From Octopus bimaculoides (Eukaryota), in contig NC_068990.1 of assembly GCF_001194135.2 (NCBI RefSeq), forward strand, positions 83,493,167 through 83,557,166: a DNA stretch of 64,000 nt. Reading direction: 5' to 3'. Positions 12,703-25,974 of this stretch are shown here, piece after piece (the first letter of the stretch is position 1; every line of letters starts with the position of its first letter). Below the pieces are notes generated by a model. That model made no database searches. It had not been told where the DNA came from and was given only the letters and a program-made list of their open reading frames with translations. The position numbers were made by a program, and so were the translations under genes.

Positions 12703-13246
12703 ACACAATGCACGAATACACAAATACACACATACACGCACACACACATACACATATGTAAGTACACGCACACTACTCACAAACACACGAATCGTTAACG
12801 CGCGTTTTTTTTTTTTTGTTTTTTTGTNNNNNNNNNNNNNNNNNNNNNNNNNNNNNNNNNNNNNNNNNNNNNNNNNNNNNNNNNNNNNNNNNNNNNNNNN
12901 NNNNNNNNNNNNNNNNNNNNNNNNNNNNNNNNNNNNNNNNNNNNNNNNNNNNNNNNNNNNNNNNNNNNNNNNNNNNNNNNNNNNNNNNNNNNNNNNNNNN
13001 NNNNNNNNNNNNNNNNNNNNNNNNNNNNNNNNNNNNNNNNNNNNNNNNNNNNNNNNNNNNNNNNNNNNNNNNNNNNNNNNNNNNNNNNNNNNNNNNNNNN
13101 NNNNNNNNNNNNNNNNNNNNNNNNNNNNNNNNNNNNNNNNNNNNNNNNNNNNNNNNNNNNNNNNNNNNNNNNNNNNNNNNNNNNNNNNNNNNNNNNNNNN
13201 NNNNNNNNNNNNNNNNNNNNNNNNNNNNNNNNNNNNNNNNNNNNNN

Positions 13247-13288
<42 letters not shown>

Positions 13289-14000
13289 TAGCTGACCACG
13301 TGCCGTCAATTATGATGGCTAATTGCAGTAGTTTATATATAAATAAGATACAAAATAAGGTACATAATAATCACACACACAAACATTCACATACTTCCCT
13401 TGTACACGCACACAGATACACACATATACTCACACAGAGTTGAAACGCTGTATTTTTTCCACCCCTTCCTTCCTTATTCATCTATCACCCTTTTCTTTCT
13501 CGCATTGCTATTTACTTTCTCTCACTTCCTTTCAGTTAGGGCTACTACTCTCACTACTTCTCCTTCACTGAATTAATATTTNNNNNNNNNNNNNNNNNNN
13601 NNNNNNNNNNNNNNNNNNNNNNNNNNNNNNNNNNNNNNNNNNNNNNNNNNNNNNNNNNNNNNNNNNNNNNNNNNNNNNNNNNNNNNNNNNNNNNNNNNNN
13701 NNNNNNNNNNNNNNNNNNNNNNNNNNNNNNNNNNNNNNNNNNNNNNNNNNNNNNNNNNNNNNNNNNNNNNNNNNNNNNNNNNNNNNNNNNNNNNNNNNNN
13801 NNNNNNNNNNNNNNNNNNNNNNAATATATATATATATATGCACAAATATATATATATATATAAACACTACGTTCATTATTATATTAGGAGGTATATATAC
13901 AAACATACACACACAGACATATATATGCCTGTTGATAGCTTGCCATTTCTATCTATATCTTCCCGTGTGTATAATTCAGGTATGTGTGACTGGGTATGGG

Positions 14001-14043
<43 letters not shown>

Positions 14044-14253
14044 GCGCACACAAACACACACACACGCGTGTGTGATCCATGCCGAATCATAGCACATATA
14101 TTTTCTTTAGATATCTTTTTATTTATAAACACATACAAATATGTGAGTGCGTGTGTGTGTGTGTGTGTGGTCGTGTAATCGTGACTGAGTGAGTGTATGT
14201 TTGTGTGTGCTTGTGTGTGTGTTTGTGTGTGTGTTTGTGTGTGTGTGTGTGTT

Positions 14254-14289
<36 letters not shown>

Positions 14290-15306
14290 TGTGTGTGATT
14301 TAAATGCGCTTCGGTCACGTATGTTTTTTCTCCAACTTGCATTATATCACGTTTTCTCGTATCGTGTTTCTACCGTAACAAATGTTCTTTTTCTTATTTC
14401 TGCTGCTGCTGCTGCTGCTACTATTACTGCTGCCCGCTGCTGCTGCTGCTACTGCTGCCCGCTGCTGCTGCTGCTACTGCTGCTGCTGCTCATTAGCCCC
14501 CAAGTTAGCCCTGCACAATATGACCAACAATATTTCAGCTATTTATCAATTTGTTAATTTTTTTAATGACACACTGCATGTATCGTTAACACATTGTCCA
14601 AGCATCCATTTTTTAAAGCCTGAAAAGTATAGTTTTGAGGGAACATTGATAGTTATTTCTAGCAAACCTTGACGTCCGCATTGAGGTCTCTGTTATTTAC
14701 TCGCGATTGTGTACAATGCTGATGTTGGCTTGTTGTAACCGTTGGTGTTACCATTGCTGCTGCTGCTGCTGCTGCTGTTGTTGTTATTGTTTTTGGTGTT
14801 GTTGTTGGTGGTGGTGATGGTGGTGGAGTTAGTGGTGTTGTTGTTGGTGCTGTGAAGAAGCGTGTCTGTGCTTTATCATCTTTCATTGTCATCGAGAGCT
14901 TGTTTCAAAATTCCACAGCTGTTCTATATCACACTGACCCTCGCACATACGCAAAACACACGCACACACAAACGCACACATGCATGTGTGTACATACATA
15001 CATACAAACATACACACACAGGTCCTCACACATACCTCCACACATGCCTAAATCCATTAAGACATGAATGCATAATCATATCTTTTAAGACGTGATTCTT
15101 TTCGCACAGATACACACATAAGTATTGACACACGTGTGTTTGTACATATGTATGTGCGTGCATGCGTGTTTATATGTGTGTATATACATACATATATCTC
15201 TATATCTGGGTGCCACTTTTGCGGCATTGTATCATGTGATCAACCAGGCAGCGAATGAAAGGCCATCACCTGATTACGGTGACATAGTTCATACACAGTA
15301 ACATAC

Positions 15307-15321
15307 CTGGTGCCCTTTGCA
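15307..15321 (-). CDS. Candidate 15-nt microexon (CKGHQ if phase 0)
   Basis: Minus strand reads ttcattgttttctgtcaagtAG|TGCAAAGGGCACCAG|GTATGT, with a tandem AAGTAG acceptor (18-nt alternative). Such short signals also arise by chance. Confidence 0.2.
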
Positions 15322-16419
15322 CTACTTGACAGAAAACAATGAACAGTAAAGCGCAGGCGCATACACTTACACACATATACGATCATACACACACACATAG
15401 ATATATATATATGTATGTATATTAAGGAAATCTCCATTCATCATTTCGATTAACAAAATACCTTCGCTGTAGTACTTGTAAAATATTTTGAACAGGGCAA
15501 AAACATAAGATTTCAAGAATGGCAAAGAACTGAAGGTTAAATACAAATATGAATGGCAAAGCAGAAATTATTATTTACTGCATCACATGCCTACAACACA
15601 ATGAGAATTATATCAGTCATGTGGAATGAGAATTAACAAATTTATGTAAGGTACATAAGCAACAAATCAAAGTTAAATTTCTTAGAAATATTGAATTTAA
15701 TAAACAACAAGACAGTTGTGCAAATGGAAAATTCCAAGTACACCTGTTTTTCAAAATACAGGAAAGAAAGGATAATGTATGAAATGCAAGAATTCTAAAT
15801 CCGAAAGAAAACTAGAAATAGTCAATATCGCCACTAAAACTACTTTCTCTATACAGATTATCCCATAACACGTGTGTTTGGAGAGCTGTAAATAGTAAAA
15901 GCGTTAACATAATACGAAAACTTCACTCCAAAAGAATTATGTTGCGCTGTTTTTAAAAAGAAATTTTTTTTAGATAATTGATAATTTATATTATTTAGGA
16001 ATTTTTTTTCTTTGTATTAAGAATTCTTTCTTAATAAATTGCTGGCCTTGTGCCAAAATTTGAAACCATTAAGAATTCTTTCTAGAAACTTTTTAAAATA
16101 GGTACATACAGACGTATGTACGTATGTATGTATGTATGTACGTATGTATGTATGTATGTACGTACGTATGTATATATATATATGTATGTATGTATGTATA
16201 CATGCAATTATGAATGCATATATATATATATATANNNNNNNNNNNNNNNNNNNNNNNNNNNNNNNNNNNNNNNNNNNNNNNNNNNNNNNNNNNNNNNNNN
16301 NNNNNNNNNNNNNNNNNNNNNNNNNNNNNNNNNNNNNNNNNNNNNNNNNNNNNNNNNNNNNNNNNNNNNNNNNNNNNNNNNNNNNNNNNNNNNNNNNNNN
16401 NNNNNNNNNNNNNNNNNNN

Positions 16420-16457
<38 letters not shown>

Positions 16458-16820
16458 CACACACACACACAAACACAAACACAAACACACACGCACAAAC
16501 CACACGCACGCACATACACACACACATATTAATACGTGTATGTATGTATGTATGTATGTATGTGTGTATGTATGTGTGTGTGTATGCAAGTGACGTGAAC
16601 CAGTTGTGTCAGGTGTATACGTGACATGAACCAGTTATAGCAAAATAGAGAAGTGAAGTGAATGAGTTGTGGCAACTAGGGTGAGATGAAGCCAAGAAAA
16701 GTAAATCTCGCCAGTTGAGAAATTGCCAAATAATGAAATGTCACGCACGCACACACACGGACATACACGCACATATATAAACATATATACATACATACAC
16801 GTACACACGTACACATGCAC

Positions 16821-16931
16821 CAGTTCTGGTGAATCAATAATTATTTCTATATCTATATTTTTGCGTAAATCTTCGCTTTTGTCTTGCGAGTCGTTACTGT
16901 CTGCTTGTGACGTATAATTGACAGTAGTTTC
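16821..16931 (-). CDS. Candidate 111-nt exon (ETTVNYTSQADSNDSQDKSEDLRKNIDIEIIIDSPEL)
   Basis: Acceptor ctgtctcagttAG, 37 open codons (phase 0/0), weak donor GTGCAT. Confidence 0.25.
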
Positions 16932-16944
16932 CTAACTGAGACAG

Positions 16945-17365
16945 GCAATGAGTCGTAGCGGTATGATCACAGTTAGGTCGATTAGGACCTACAAGGGCTC
17001 GTAGCTGACTGGTTAAGTAATATGTACGAAGGTTCGCAGCTGACTAGCTGGGACATACAAAAGCCTGCAGCTCTAACTGTTCGGAGCATATAAGGGTCTG
17101 TAACTGGCTAACTGTGGCATTCAAAGAGTCGTAGCTGATTATCTGGAACAAATAAGGGCTCGTAGCTGACTGATTGGTTATACAAAGAGTCATATCAAAG
17201 AGTCATACAAAGAGTCGTATCAAAGAGTCATATACAAAGAGTTACATGCAAAGACTGCTGGCTGACGAGTTGGGACACAGAAGAGCTCGTAGCTGAATGG
17301 CTGGAGTATACAAAGGATCATAGCTAACAGCTTGTGGCATACAAATGGTCATAACTAGTTGAAGG
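16945..17365. repeat. Degenerate ~32-bp minisatellite (approx. TACAAAGGGCTCGTAGCTGACTGGCTGGGRCA)
   Basis: About 10 diverged tandem units, plus a nested CAAAGAGTCAT sub-repeat at 17180-17245. Confidence 0.8.
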
Positions 17366-17373
17366 GACTATAC

Positions 17374-17460
17374 CAGTGGTTCCCAACCTGGGGTACGCGG
17401 ATTCCTGGTGGTCCGCAAAGGTAGTACTGTGGGTTCGTGGACTAAATTAAAAATTTCATA
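17374..17460 (+). mobile_element. hAT (Charlie/MER5-like) transposon left end
   Basis: Begins CAGTGGTTCCCAACCTGGGGT, typical of hAT-Charlie TIRs. The matching right end was not found (gap follows). Confidence 0.6.
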
Positions 17461-17957
17461 TATGTTTATATATATATNNNNNNNNNNNNNNNNNNNNNNN
17501 NNNNNNNNNNNNNNNNNNNNNNNNNNNNNNNNNNNNNNNNNNNNNNNNNNNNNNNNNNNNNNNNNNNNNNNNNNNNNNNNNNNNNNNNNNNNNNNNNNNN
17601 NNNNNNNNNNNNNNNNNTATATATATATATATATATATATGATTTTTATATATGATTTATAAATGATTTTTACTTGGCGTTTTTTTTTTTTACATTTGAA
17701 AGCCATAGTAACATTTACAATGTAACTAGCTTAAAAGCTGCCCGATAGGGCTTTTCATTGGGCCTTGAGACCAATAATGACACTTCCCGTATTGAGTACA
17801 TATTAAATTTTATTAAACTTGACCAATAATTTTCAAGCGATGAATTTTCCTCAAGACAATGATATAATTTGTCGACTTGGAACTTATGGCAAGGCATCAT
17901 GATAAACAACATTTTTTACCTTCCCATTCGGGGGTCAGTACAATTTTTTCCTCTCTA

Positions 17958-17997
<40 letters not shown>

Positions 17998-18607
17998 CTT
18001 TCTGTTGATTATATTCAACCATCACCATCACCAGTACCACCACCGTCGCCAGCACAACTGCCATACACACAAACCATTCAGACTTCTGACGCCACCACCA
18101 TTAACACCTTCGAATTCACCACCTTCCCCTCCACCACCATAACCACTCTCTTTCACATCCCTTACTATCACCGTCATGTTTGACCACCTCAGCTACATGC
18201 ATGCATACATACATACATACATACATACATACATACGTACATACACACACATACACACACATACATACATACACACACATAATTACCGAAAGAATATGAA
18301 TGAAATAACCATTATTTTTTTGACAACACTTTATACAACTATTTTGTTTGTATAATCTATAAAAACCTATTTTTTGCCTCAAATATTGAGCTGAAGAATT
18401 GTAATGATAGATTATTTGTCATCCTCTTTTCTTTTCTTTTTTTTTTTTCTCAAACACGAGAAAAAGTCAACAAACAGAAACAGACGATAAATGGACGCAC
18501 GCACGCACACATTTTATAAATTCATATACACACGCAGTCGTATTTACACACGTTCATAAAGACACTCGCTCACGTACAATATCTGACTCAACTGAAAATA
18601 ACCTTAC

Positions 18608-18669
18608 TCCTCGATCTAAATATAAAATGCGTCGATAGAAATCAGTGGCGTGGCGCATTGTTAGCGAAT
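18608..18669 (-). CDS. Candidate 62-nt exon (xSLTMRHATDFYRRILYLDRG)
   Basis: Acceptor ttcttatctttttgttatgaAG (weak -3 position), open frame phase 1 to 0, donor GGA|GTAAGG. Confidence 0.25.
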
Positions 18670-18873
18670 CTTCATAACAAAAAGATAAGAATCGTGATTT
18701 TGTTTGTCTCAACAGTGTCAAAACAAAGCTATCATACATTTTAATAGCATTTTAGATCCCAAGTGTATCTCTTAAGTTCGTAATTTAAGTATAAATCGCA
18801 TACACACACACACACAAATACATACACACACAAGCACATATACACACATACACATATCTATAAATGTGTAGGT

Positions 18874-18906
<33 letters not shown>

Positions 18907-19019
18907 AATATATTTATATGAAATATGATATATATAATATATATACATAATATATAAATATATATGTATATATATATATACATATATATTTATATAAAAT
19001 ATGATATATGTTATATATA

Positions 19020-19074
<55 letters not shown>

Positions 19075-19213
19075 AATATATAATATACATAATGTATATA
19101 TACACGTACATATATACATATATATACACACATACATATATACATACATATATACATACATATGTATATACACATATATACATACACATATATATATGCA
19201 CATATCTGTGTAA

Positions 19214-19257
<44 letters not shown>

Positions 19258-20139
19258 TCTCTAACAAACGAGAGAAAAACGACTTGATACATTTCTGGCG
19301 TATATTTATTTATGAATATGAATCTGCTGATTAGAATCATCACTACTTTGAGTTTCTAGTGTTCGAGTGGATCCTTCTGGCGACAACACAAATATTTAAC
19401 TGTGGAATGGTCTCGGGCTGTACCAAAAGTCTCTCTACGATGGGCCATACCTTATTTCCCTTAGTCACAACAGGTTGTATAGTTTGGTGTTATTATAATT
19501 TCGCTGAACAGACAAATGTACGACTGTTGTGCGATAAACTTTTATTCTCAGTGTTTCTAGAGGTTAGCTCTACGGGCGTGCTTGATTATTTATAGATTAG
19601 AATTATATTTTTAGATTTGAATATAGGATTATGTTGAATTTAAATGCAATAAGAGTAAGTATTATTCAAAATGTCTATGAAGAGACTGTCTTAACACTTC
19701 TGTATATTATGCTATCTGTTGTTATTAATATATGACATTTTTCCGCAATGCTTAGATTGCATGCAAGTTTGCATTCTTTTTACGGCAATACTCCATTTTC
19801 TCAGGATGTTATTATTCATCTAGAAAGTTCTTGACTAGATAAGAGTCGATTATACAAGCTTTTTGCTTAAAAACGGATGAGAGTACTTAACTCTTCCTAT
19901 AGATTTACTCCTTCTGGGAATATATTGACAGTACAGTATTATCTTTCAGTAACTATCTAGATTTCATTAGTTTATATGACAAAAACACATGGTTAGTGTG
20001 ATCTGTCATGTTGTCGAGTCCGATACAGCTCAAGCCGTCATCAATTTTATCGTCGCTTGAAGACTCGCAAGAAATGGGATCTCTTGAGTAACGAGCGTCT
20101 GGTCCACTAGCTTCATATACATACATACACACATACAAA

Positions 20140-20193
<54 letters not shown>

Positions 20194-21786
20194 CATGTGT
20201 TTATGTATGTATGTATTTATGCATATATGTATGTATGTACGCTTGTATGTATTTATGTGTGTATGATTTCAGAGTGTAATGGTTGCCTATGATCTAACCA
20301 ACCGATTTCATCATCATCATCATCATCATCTCATCACGATAATCATACTAATTTCCATCCCCTTTCTTCATTTTCTTCTTCTTCGACCCGTCACTTCTCC
20401 ACCACCTCATCCTCTTCTCTTCTCCTCTCCTCGTCCTCTTTCTTCTTCTTCTTCTTCTTCTTCTTCTTCTTCTTCTTCTTCTTCTTCTCCTTCTCCTCTT
20501 TCTTCTTCGTTTCCAAGCTTTCCTATCTTCTTCCTTCCCTCCACCATTTCTCTCCCACCATTACCACCACAGCCAAAACCACCACCACCACCACCACCAC
20601 CACCACCATCATCACCAACAAGAATAGTTGTAGTCTAGTAATGTTCTTATCTCTCTGTACGGTATCGGACGAATGGACTAAACAGTTGCTACGAAAAAAA
20701 AACAAAAACAAAAACAAAAAAGAACAAACAAAACAAAACAAAAAAAAGGACATTGTTCAGGGTCGTTTGAACCGTTAGAAATAGCAGCCAAATAACAACC
20801 GAACAGTTTTTACAAAACAAGGAAGGACATATTGTGTAATGCAGTCTTAAATATACTACGTCAAGAAATAATAGACACGATGGTCAAAGCTGAAACTCTG
20901 CAACACAGATCAATCAGCGTTCACTTCGGAATAAATAAGAACAATAACAATAATAAAAACAGTTGCCATGGAAATCCTGAAACAGTGGAATACGGCGTGA
21001 CCTTAACGTATAAATTGGCATCTCTTTGATCTAGGGAAATATATGGAACGCTTTAAGAATTGCAAAACAATACAACACTACGCGGTAGTAGGAGCCAAGC
21101 TGGGAGCTCTTACGTAGCCATTGCGTCTGCAAGAAACAGCAGCATAGCATAGCAGCGGTAACCACTTGCCTTCTTAAAAAAGAGTATTGTACTAATTGGG
21201 CAATGTGGTCTTGGGGGGGGGGTCACTGTACGGATCTGTAAACCGTGCTCCACGTGGGAAATTCTACCAGTATTTGAAGTTTCAAACTGTTTAGTTAAAA
21301 AAAGGATTTATTAAAAAATCTGTGATTCAAACTGAACAAATCCCACTGTATACAGGGGGTAAAAAAAAATAAAAATAAAATAATAAAATGAAAATAACTG
21401 TGCACTAAGACTGGGTTTGGGGATTTTGATTGTTCCATGATTATTTCCAGCAGCAACCTCGGATAATTCACGCCCACACCCGCAATCCAGCCAGACCTTT
21501 TACTTCAGATAGGTTTCCTTGGGTGAATGCCATAACTTAAGCAATCGAAAATTGCCATCAGTCTCAACCATATTTTGCGTGTTTTAAATACCGTATTTTA
21601 ACGTGTATAAGGAACCCCTTAATTATTTGGGTTTTAAATTTGGAAAAAAGGTTTTGTAAGAGATTATAATACTTTCCATATATAAGAAACTACCATATTT
21701 TTTAAGCCTAATTTTTGACAAAAAAGTGTTCCTTATACATGTTAAAAAACGGTATAATGCAAAGTATAAAACAAAATACATAATCT

Positions 21787-21964
21787 TTTCTACAATAGGC
21801 ACAAGGCTTGAAAGTATGAGGAGGGGAACTTGTCGATCACATCGAACCAGTATTTCACTGGTACTTATTTCATCGACCTCAGCGGAATTCGAACTCAGAA
21901 TGTAGCGAAATACCGCTGAGCATTTCGTCCAGCGTGTTAACGATTCTGCCATCTCGCCGCCTTA
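21787..21964 (-). mobile_element. SINE family 1, tail-B monomer with internal deletion
   Basis: Reverse complement of tail B (..CCTTGTGCCTA..), partial central domain and head. Confidence 0.8.
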
Positions 21965-21974
21965 AACAAAATAC

Positions 21975-22389
21975 ATACTGTAGGCAAAAGGTCCGAAATT
22001 TTTAAGGAGGGGGACCAGTCGATTAGATCGACCCCAGTACACAACTGGTACTTGATTTATCGACCCCCGAAAGGATGAAAGGCAAAGTCGACCTCGGCAG
22101 AATTCGCACTCAGAACGTAACGGCAGACGAAATGCTGCTAAACATTTCGCCCGGCGTGCTAACGTTTCTTATTTCTTTATTGCCCACAAGGGGCTAAACA
22201 TAGAGGGGACAAACAAGGACAGACAAAGGGATTAAGTCGATTACATCGACCCCAGTAGGTAACTGGTACTGAATTTATCGACTCCGAAAGAATGAGAAGC
22301 AAAGTCAACCTCAGCGGAATTTGAACTCAGAACGTAACGGCAGACGAAATGCCTCGGCGTGCTAACGTTTCTGCCAGCTCGCCGCCTTA
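21975..22389 (-). mobile_element. SINE family 1 dimer (tail-A unit + tail-B unit)
   Basis: Two central domains; junction AACGTTTC|TTATTTCTTTATTGCCCAC near 22168. Confidence 0.9.
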
Positions 22390-22734
22390 AACAAAACACA
22401 TAACGAAACACAAATACGTTCCTCGACAAATAACAGCAGTCAGCAACTTGTGTTTGATTATATTTTTTTAACAATACTGACTCATAACCGTTTACATACA
22501 AAATGTTGAGTGCTTAAACAGGCCCTTAGCTCTGTAGACAAATAATGTGTCTAAATTAACTGTGCTTTGTCGTCTTTGTCTCAAATTAATCCTGGTTGTA
22601 TTGTGACACACTTGACGCTTCACACTCAAAGCGATCGCACTAATTACCCTCTTAATCCATATACATAAACTTCTCATTTAAGCATTATAGCATTTTTTTC
22701 TTGGCTCCATTATTCTGTATCCTTTTGTTCATTT

Positions 22735-22894
22735 ATTTGTTTCAGTCATTTTGTTTGTGGTCATGCTGGAGCACCGCCTTTTAGTCGAAGAAATCGACCC
22801 CTAGACTTATTCTTTGTAAGCCTGGTACTTATTCTATCGTTTTCTTTTTTTATTTTTGCTGAAACAGTAAATTACGGAGACGTAAACACATACA

Positions 22895-22930
<36 letters not shown>

Positions 22931-23110
22931 TATATATACGACAGGCTTTTTTCAGTTTCCGTCTACCAAATCCACTGACAAGGCTTTGGTTGGCCCAAAG
23001 TTACAATAGGAGGCACTTGCCCAAGGTGCCACGCAGTGGAACTGAACCCGGAAACATGTGGTTGGGAAGCAAGATTCTTACCACACAGCAAGATTCTTAT
23101 AGCCTGCGCC
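22735..23110 (-). mobile_element. SINE family 2 (CORE-SINE, octopus OR-type) with internal microsatellite
   Basis: Reverse complement of the tRNA-like head, CORE-like GGCACCTTGGGCAAGTG, (TATG/TA)n middle and tail ..CCAGCATG.CC.CA..ATGACTGAAACAA. Confidence 0.85.
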
Positions 23111-23140
23111 TATATCTAACTATTGTTACATAGTCATTTC

Positions 23141-23174
<34 letters not shown>

Positions 23175-24120
23175 CGCGCGCGAGTTCTTTTTTATTTTTA
23201 ATTATTTAANNNNNNNNNNNNNNNNNNNNNNNNNNNNNNNNNNNNNNNNNNNNNNNNNNNNNNNNNNNNNNNNNNNNNNNNNNNNNNNNNNNNNNNNNNN
23301 NNNNNNNNNNNNNNNNNNNNNNNNNNNNNNNNNNNNNNNNNNNNNNNNNNNNNNNNNNNNNNNNNNNNNNNNNNNNNNNNNNNNNNNNNNNNNNNNNNNN
23401 NNNNNNNNNNNNNNNNNNNNNNNNNNNNNNNNNNNNNNNNNNNNNNNNNNNNNNNNNNNNNNNNNNNNNNNNNNNNNNNNNNNNNNNNNNNNNNNNNNNN
23501 NNNNNNNNNNNNNNNNNNNNNNNNNNNNNNNNNNNNNNNNNNNNNNNNNNNNNNNNNNNNNNNNAAACGCTCTATACACCATAAAGTTATGCATGGTTTC
23601 CAGTAAACTCGAGGCTGCTGCATTTTTTAAACATAAAAGTGTAGCATTTCTTAGATTTGCGACTGTTACTGCGTGTCACATTTCGAAAGTTATGCTTTGG
23701 CAATCCTAGAGCAGGAGATAGATATAAAATCCTTAGTGAATAAAAGAGACAGTGAAAGTTCCCAAACTCCAAGATACGGTTAAAAATATTGATTATGTCA
23801 CGTTTCTGTGAAAGATATTTCGTGTACTAAAGCATGCCAAAGATGTCATCAAGATATAACCCACCCACACATGTTATTTCTGGAATTATATACATTGCAA
23901 TCTGCAGAAACGTCTATTCTGGCATTAAAAAAAAAATTACCATCAGTATTAAATATAATGCATATATATCAATACATCTAATACTGGTGGAATATTCCCA
24001 TCAAAGCTTCTGTCAGATGTGTTGCGGTTTGGGACAGAAAGGAAAAATTGTCAACTGTCATTAAAGATCAGCTGACCAGCAGTAATGAACATTTCCAAAA
24101 TCAGTCAGATGTTGGACATA

Positions 24121-24168
24121 CAGTGGAATCTCGGTTTACGAATGCTTCTCATCACGAACAAATCGGTT

Positions 24169-24172
<4 letters not shown>
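24121..24172 (+). mobile_element. Tc1/pogo-like TIR remnant
   Basis: TA|CAGTGGAATCTCGGTTTACGAATG..CGAACAAATCGGTTTAC is a typical pogo/Tigger-type terminus; only one end is present. Confidence 0.5.
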
Positions 24173-24251
<79 letters not shown>

Positions 24252-24258
24252 TTTCAAA

Positions 24259-24490
24259 GGCGGCGAGCTGGCAGAAACGTTAGCACGCCGGGCGAAATGC
24301 TTAGCGGTATTTCGTCTGCCGTTACGTTCTGAGTTCAAATTCCGCCGAGGTCGACTTTGCCTTTCATCCTTTCGGGGTCGATTAAATAAGTACCAGTTAC
24401 GAACTGGGGTCGATATAATCGACTTAATCCGTTTGTCTGTCCTTGTTTGTCCCCTCTCTGTGTAGCCCCTTGTGGGTAGTAAAGAAATAA
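24259..24490 (+). mobile_element. SINE family 1, full tail-A monomer
   Basis: Complete head, central domain and tail A ending GTGGGTAGTAAAGAAATAA. Confidence 0.92.
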
Positions 24491-24809
24491 CACATACTTT
24501 CAAACAGACAGATAGACAGGCAAGCAGGCAGAAAGACAGACTTATATACAATTTAACGAAGCATTTCAAGTGAGACCAGGAAATGGCTTCAATAGAAAAA
24601 AAAAACACGATGACGTCACAGGATCTTGTCAATGCTCTGTCGCCTGCATTATCGTCATCAGTCACTCGCTTAATTTACTCCAAGTCTATTATCTGTAAAA
24701 CACTTATGCTTTACCATTGATTACACACCTACACATCTCACTACTCAATGGTATTATCACATCTCTTATCAGACCTTTTAATTTGCTTTATCATTCTTAT
24801 GTTGTACGT

Positions 24810-25755
24810 ACATTCGCACGTATGTAGGTTCTCTATTTTTAATTATTTGAAGTCTTCCTGAAACGAAGGAACTGGTTTCTAGCAAAGATACATAGCTCCA
24901 TAAGTGAAAAATAAATAACGGAAACAATGTTACATTTTGAACTTGAACAAAGTCTTGCTGATCGTTACTGTTCCGCTTACAAACTGTATTTGTAATGTGC
25001 GTGTTTGTAGTACTATTTACGTATGTATGTATGTATGTATGTATGTATGTATGTATGTATGTCTCTTCTGTATTCAATCATTTAAATTCTTTCTCTGAAA
25101 AAGGAGCTGGTTTCAAACAAAGATTCAAAGCTCCATCTTTGGAATGTAATTAAAGAAAACAATGTCGCATTTAAAACCTATGAAAAGTCTCGCATAGTTT
25201 TACTGTTCCGCTTATAGATTGTATTTATTGTGTGCGAATCAGTTGGTTGATTTCTTTTTCTGGCAATCCAAGCTTATCCAGACTGACAGTTAGGCATTTA
25301 CTTACAAAACCAAGTGCTCCAATTATTATTGGTATAAATGTAAATTTGTAATCCGGATATAGAAGCTGCAGGTTTCGAAACAGCTGTCCATAGTTATCAT
25401 ATTCCTCTTTGATTTTCAAAGAGATATTCACATCAGCAGGACAGCTGACCTCTATGACGGTACATGTATGTATGTATGTCATTATTCAGTTTATTTCAAG
25501 ATGTCTTGCCAATAGAGAAAGAACCGGTTTCTAACCTAGATCCAAGGCTCCTTCATTGGAATTTCAGCATCAACAACAGGGTATGTATGTATGTATGTAT
25601 GTATGTATGTATGTATGTATGTGCAGATTTGTATGTTTTATGTATGTATTCTCATGCGTATAGTTGCATATCTAGACATGCTCATATACATTTAAATGAT
25701 AAATTTCCGGAAAGTTTTACAGATTCTTACATTTCCTGTGATGAATTGGATCTGT
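24810..25755 (+). repeat. Tandem units of the (GTAT)n-associated interspersed repeat, interrupted by an R4/Dong fragment
   Basis: The core GAACTGG/GAGCTGG/GAACCGG-TTTC(T/A)A.C.AAG recurs near 24868, 25105 and 25520; TTACTGTTCCGCTTA is duplicated near 24965 and 25200. Confidence 0.7.
25231..25463 (-). pseudogene. R4/Dong-clade non-LTR retrotransposon, RLE endonuclease C-terminal fragment
   Basis: TVIEVSCPADVNISLKIKEEYDNYGQLFRNLQLLYPDYKFTFIPIIIGALG carries the (I)E/DxxxP..K..KY motif and the PIxxGALG motif. Confidence 0.85.
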
Positions 25756-25974
25756 ANNNNNNNNNNNNNNNNNNNNNNNNNNNNNNNNNNNNNNNNNNNN
25801 NNNNNNNNNNNNNNNNNNNNNNNNNNNNNNNNNNNNNNNNNNNNNNNNNNNNNNNNNNNNNNNNNNNNNNNNNNNNNNNNNNNNNNNNNNNNNNNCTTCA
25901 TTTTGAAACCTTTGTGTTTCTTTATTCTGTCTTCTGTCTTCTGTCTTTATTCTGTCTTCTGTCTTTATTCTGTC

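Noticed and set aside
16945-17365. CRISPR-like periodicity (~32 bp)
   Set aside because: The units are contiguous and degenerate with no unique spacers, there are no cas genes, and the context is eukaryotic.
19990-20065. Plus-strand peptide VICHVVESDTAQAVINFIVA resembling a PTB-domain C-terminus
   Set aside because: It is bounded by stops, has no convincing acceptor or donor, and the similarity is too short.
23164-23182. (CG)n run with Z-DNA potential
   Set aside because: A simple extension of a (TG)n microsatellite with no further support for function.
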